Source of the DNA: the human T2T-CHM13v2.0 reference genome, Homo sapiens
Assembly (NCBI RefSeq): GCF_009914755.1
Contig: NC_060942.1
Reading direction: 5' to 3' (one strand)
Length of the DNA: 64,000 bases
Below the pieces are notes generated by a model that made no database searches, had not been told where the DNA came from, and saw only the letters and a program-made list of their open reading frames with translations. The position numbers and the translations under genes were made by a program. Each line of letters starts with the position of its first letter. Position 1 is the stretch's first letter. Shown here piece after piece: positions 61,201 through 64,000 of the stretch.

Positions 61201-61699
61201 ATTTTGTCTGAGGCTATCACTATTAATTGTTAATACAATCACTTATTTTTGTTCTTCAGATCATATTCTTTGCACTTTTAATACAATTGGATCATTCAGT
61301 ACCTACTATTTTGTAACCTATTTTATACTACAATGAACCATTATTCCACATAATCAATTACATTCTATCCGTTTGTTTCTAGTAAGGTAAAGTCTTTTGT
61401 TGCACAATAGTTAGACATTTAGGTAGATTCCACCTTTCCTCTCTTACAAACAGTACTGCAAACAAGTATCTTCTTGCTTCATTTTCCCACATATTCTTAG
61501 TTATTTTCTTTGGAAAAGGTCCCAGAAGTAAAATTACTAGATCAAACCCATGCTCTTAGATGTGTGATATGTGTTACCCAATTGCTCTCTAAAAAGTTAA
61601 CTCCAATCTCTACTCCAGCCTTTGCATATGAAAATACAGGTATTATCCTCTGGTAACTGAGTTCCTTTGTAATAAAGCTTTACATTAAGGTGATGGCAA

Positions 61700-61870
61700 T
61701 AATAATATCAATAGTATCCACCATTCCAGGAACTTTTGTTCTACTTATTCTCTAATCCTTACAACAACAACCCAAGGAACAGGTGCTAATACCCTCTGTT
61801 TACAAAGAAACTGAGGTTCCATAAGGTTAAGAGTCACAAAGAAGCAAAACTGAGGATTACTAGTAGAACT
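61700..61870 (-). mobile_element. MIR
   Basis: TAATCCTTACAACAAC...TTTACAAAGAAACTGAGGTTCC. Confidence 0.65.
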
Positions 61871-61876
61871 CCAAAG

Positions 61877-62198
61877 CAGCAGTCCCCAATCTTTTTGGCA
61901 CCAGGGACGGTTACACGGAAGACAATTTTTCCACAAATGGGGGTGGGGTGTGGGGATGGTTTTCAGGATGAAACTGTCCCACCTCAGATCATCAGGCATT
62001 ATATTCTCCTAAGGAGCACACAACCTGGATACCTCGCACGCACAGTTCACAATAGGGTTCGAGCTTCTATGAGAATCTAATGCCACTGCTAATCTGGCAG
62101 AAGGCAGAGCTCAGGTTGTAATGCTCACTCAACCACCACTCACCTTCCTAACAGGCTGCGTCTGTAATGGTCTGTGGCCCGGGGATTGCAGACCCCTG
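61877..62198. mobile_element. MER1B (hAT-Charlie)
   Basis: CAGCAGTCCCCAATCTTTTTGGCACCAGGGAC...GACCCCTG; 8-bp TSD CTC(C/T)AAAG. Confidence 0.92.
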
Positions 62199-62257
62199 CT
62201 CTAAAGCATTCAAACGGTACACAAATATTTTAAGGAAAATAGAGTCTGCTCTAAAGT

Positions 62258-62440
62258 GTGTGGTATGCTAGAGAGTTCATATCAAGGACTATCGAGAGCC
62301 AAGCTGTCCAATATTCAGGAATCTTACAAGCTGGTTGATGAAACCTCTGATAGCCTGAAACTGGCAAGGTGGGAGTACTTATAGCACAGAAATTTGTGTT
62401 TGGGGGGTTTTTTGAGAGCCAGTTTACCAGCACACCAAAT
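62258..62440. mobile_element. MER63-like hAT element
   Basis: GTGGTATGCT start; GAGAGCCAGTTTACCAGCACACCA end. Confidence 0.6.
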
Positions 62441-63099
62441 TCAAGTAGTAACATTTGTCTTCCGTTTTCCCAGCCATTTCTCCTTTTCATTACCCTGGTA
62501 AGAAAGGCTGGCTTCAGTCTTCTCTTGCTACAAGCTAGGTAGAATCTGTTCCAGTCTCAACGATCTGAGACCTATTTCTGGGTATTTCTGTCTGCAAGAG
62601 TCAAAAGGTAGCTCCACTCTCCTTACTCTCCAGCATCCAAAGCCTCACCACCCTATTTGAGCACCTATCAGAACCAGGGCTAACATCATTTTATCTTGTG
62701 TCCTCACTGACATAAATCAGTACAGAAGCCAGAGGCTCCCACTGCCCATCTCCCAGAAGGCTATGCCTCTTCTGTCCCCATCTTCTATGCCTACTGCCCA
62801 CCCCTCCCCACCTCTTGAGAGGCTTCCGGTGTAACCTCCAGAAGTAACGGTTCCCTAGATCTTTAACATCTCTGAAGGCCCCCCTCCACCTTTTTGCTCC
62901 AGACTAAACCTGAATCTCCTCAGGATCAATGTTGGTCCTCATTGTTCTTTCTGTCACAGTTATCAGGTTGCTGAACCTGGAACTGGGAGGAGGTCCTTCT
63001 TGCTCCTCACTGATGCTTCCTCCCCACCCCTCCCTCCTCTTCCCAGCCTGGAACCAGAGGTCCAACTACCATATACCAACTGTCTCCTTATCGCTGCCA

Positions 63100-64000
63100 T
63101 CTGTTGCTCCCCAAGTTACCCGTTCTCCTGTCTCAAGAATTCTAGTTGCCGGTTTACTGTCACTCTTCTCTCTCAATTCTTGGTGATTTTAACATATGTA
63201 TGCCTGACCCTTCCAATATTGTGGCCTCTCCTGTCTGTGAGCTCCTCTACCTAATGATCTTGTCCTCCACCTGATCTCAGACATCCTTTAACAGCCTCCA
63301 CCTATCTTTCTAGTTCATTCCCTCTAATATTTGACTCCAGTAATCTTTCAACCCCATCAGGCCCTACCATCCATTGATCTTAAGTTATATTTACTTTCCC
63401 TCATTCCTCACCCCTATGCTCTAAACTTCCTTCTTAAGCAGGTTAAATTCTAAGATCAAACATTGTAATAATTTGCCCTTCAATCCCTTGCCTTTTCTCT
63501 CTTTGTACTCATTTGGACAGAACACACACTGGTTAAATCTACCTCTTCACTGCCTCCCCACCTGCATTTGTATAGCTGAATGTGGCTAGAGTAAAACACA
63601 GAAAACTATACTGACTGATCTTGCCTTAAATTCATGACCCTGAATCTTGTGTGGGTCATTAATGCTCCCCCCAAAACCACGCATTTCCTTGGTCCACTCA
63701 CTCTCCCACTGTCCTTGGTGACTATAACTTCTCTTCTTCCCTCCTGAAACCTGATACCTCTTCTCTCATCCTCATTCTCAATGACCCTGCTTTCCATTTC
63801 ACTGAGAAAACTGAAGTAACCAGAAGAGAACATCCACAAACCTCCCACCATCCCATCTCAGCACCTCGTAGCATCTTTTGACACACATACTGTCTTCCCT
63901 CCTGCCACTCTAAGTGGACTACCCTCATCCTGTGCAAAGCCGAGTCCCCATTCCTTTACTTATGCTCCACTCCACATCATATCCCCTCTCGCCAAGGTAA
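63100..64000 (+). mobile_element. L2 ORF2-region fragments
   Basis: CTTGGTGATTTTAACAT, GCTGAATGTGGCTAGAG, CCATTTCACTGAGAAAA motifs. Confidence 0.68.

Overview
This is primate (human-like) nuclear DNA with no supportable protein-coding ORF. It is most likely the interior of a large intron of a gene transcribed on the minus strand. Most of the window is interspersed repeats: about 45 Alu elements or fragments, many L1, L2 and MIR pieces, ERV/MaLR LTRs and DNA transposons. The long ORFs in the track are mostly Alu, LTR12 or L1 read-through. The main structure is an internally deleted L1MA-type LINE (about 4.7-14.1 kb). It carries a solo LTR2, a MER4-group LTR fragment flanked by a duplicated piece of ORF2, two Alus, and two same-orientation ERV9 LTR12 copies only 372 bp apart. 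Both LTR12 copies keep CCAAT arrays and the TATA-like box, and both show the same AATAAA>AGTAAA change at the poly(A) signal. Other points of note: a 35-nt tailless U2 snRNA retrocopy with a TSD, an Alu with twin-priming-like inversion geometry, and a 40-nt candidate minus-strand exon. I found no CRISPR array, operon or other demonstrably new biological system. Subfamily calls and consensus comparisons are by eye from remembered consensus sequences, and boundaries of old repeats are approximate.
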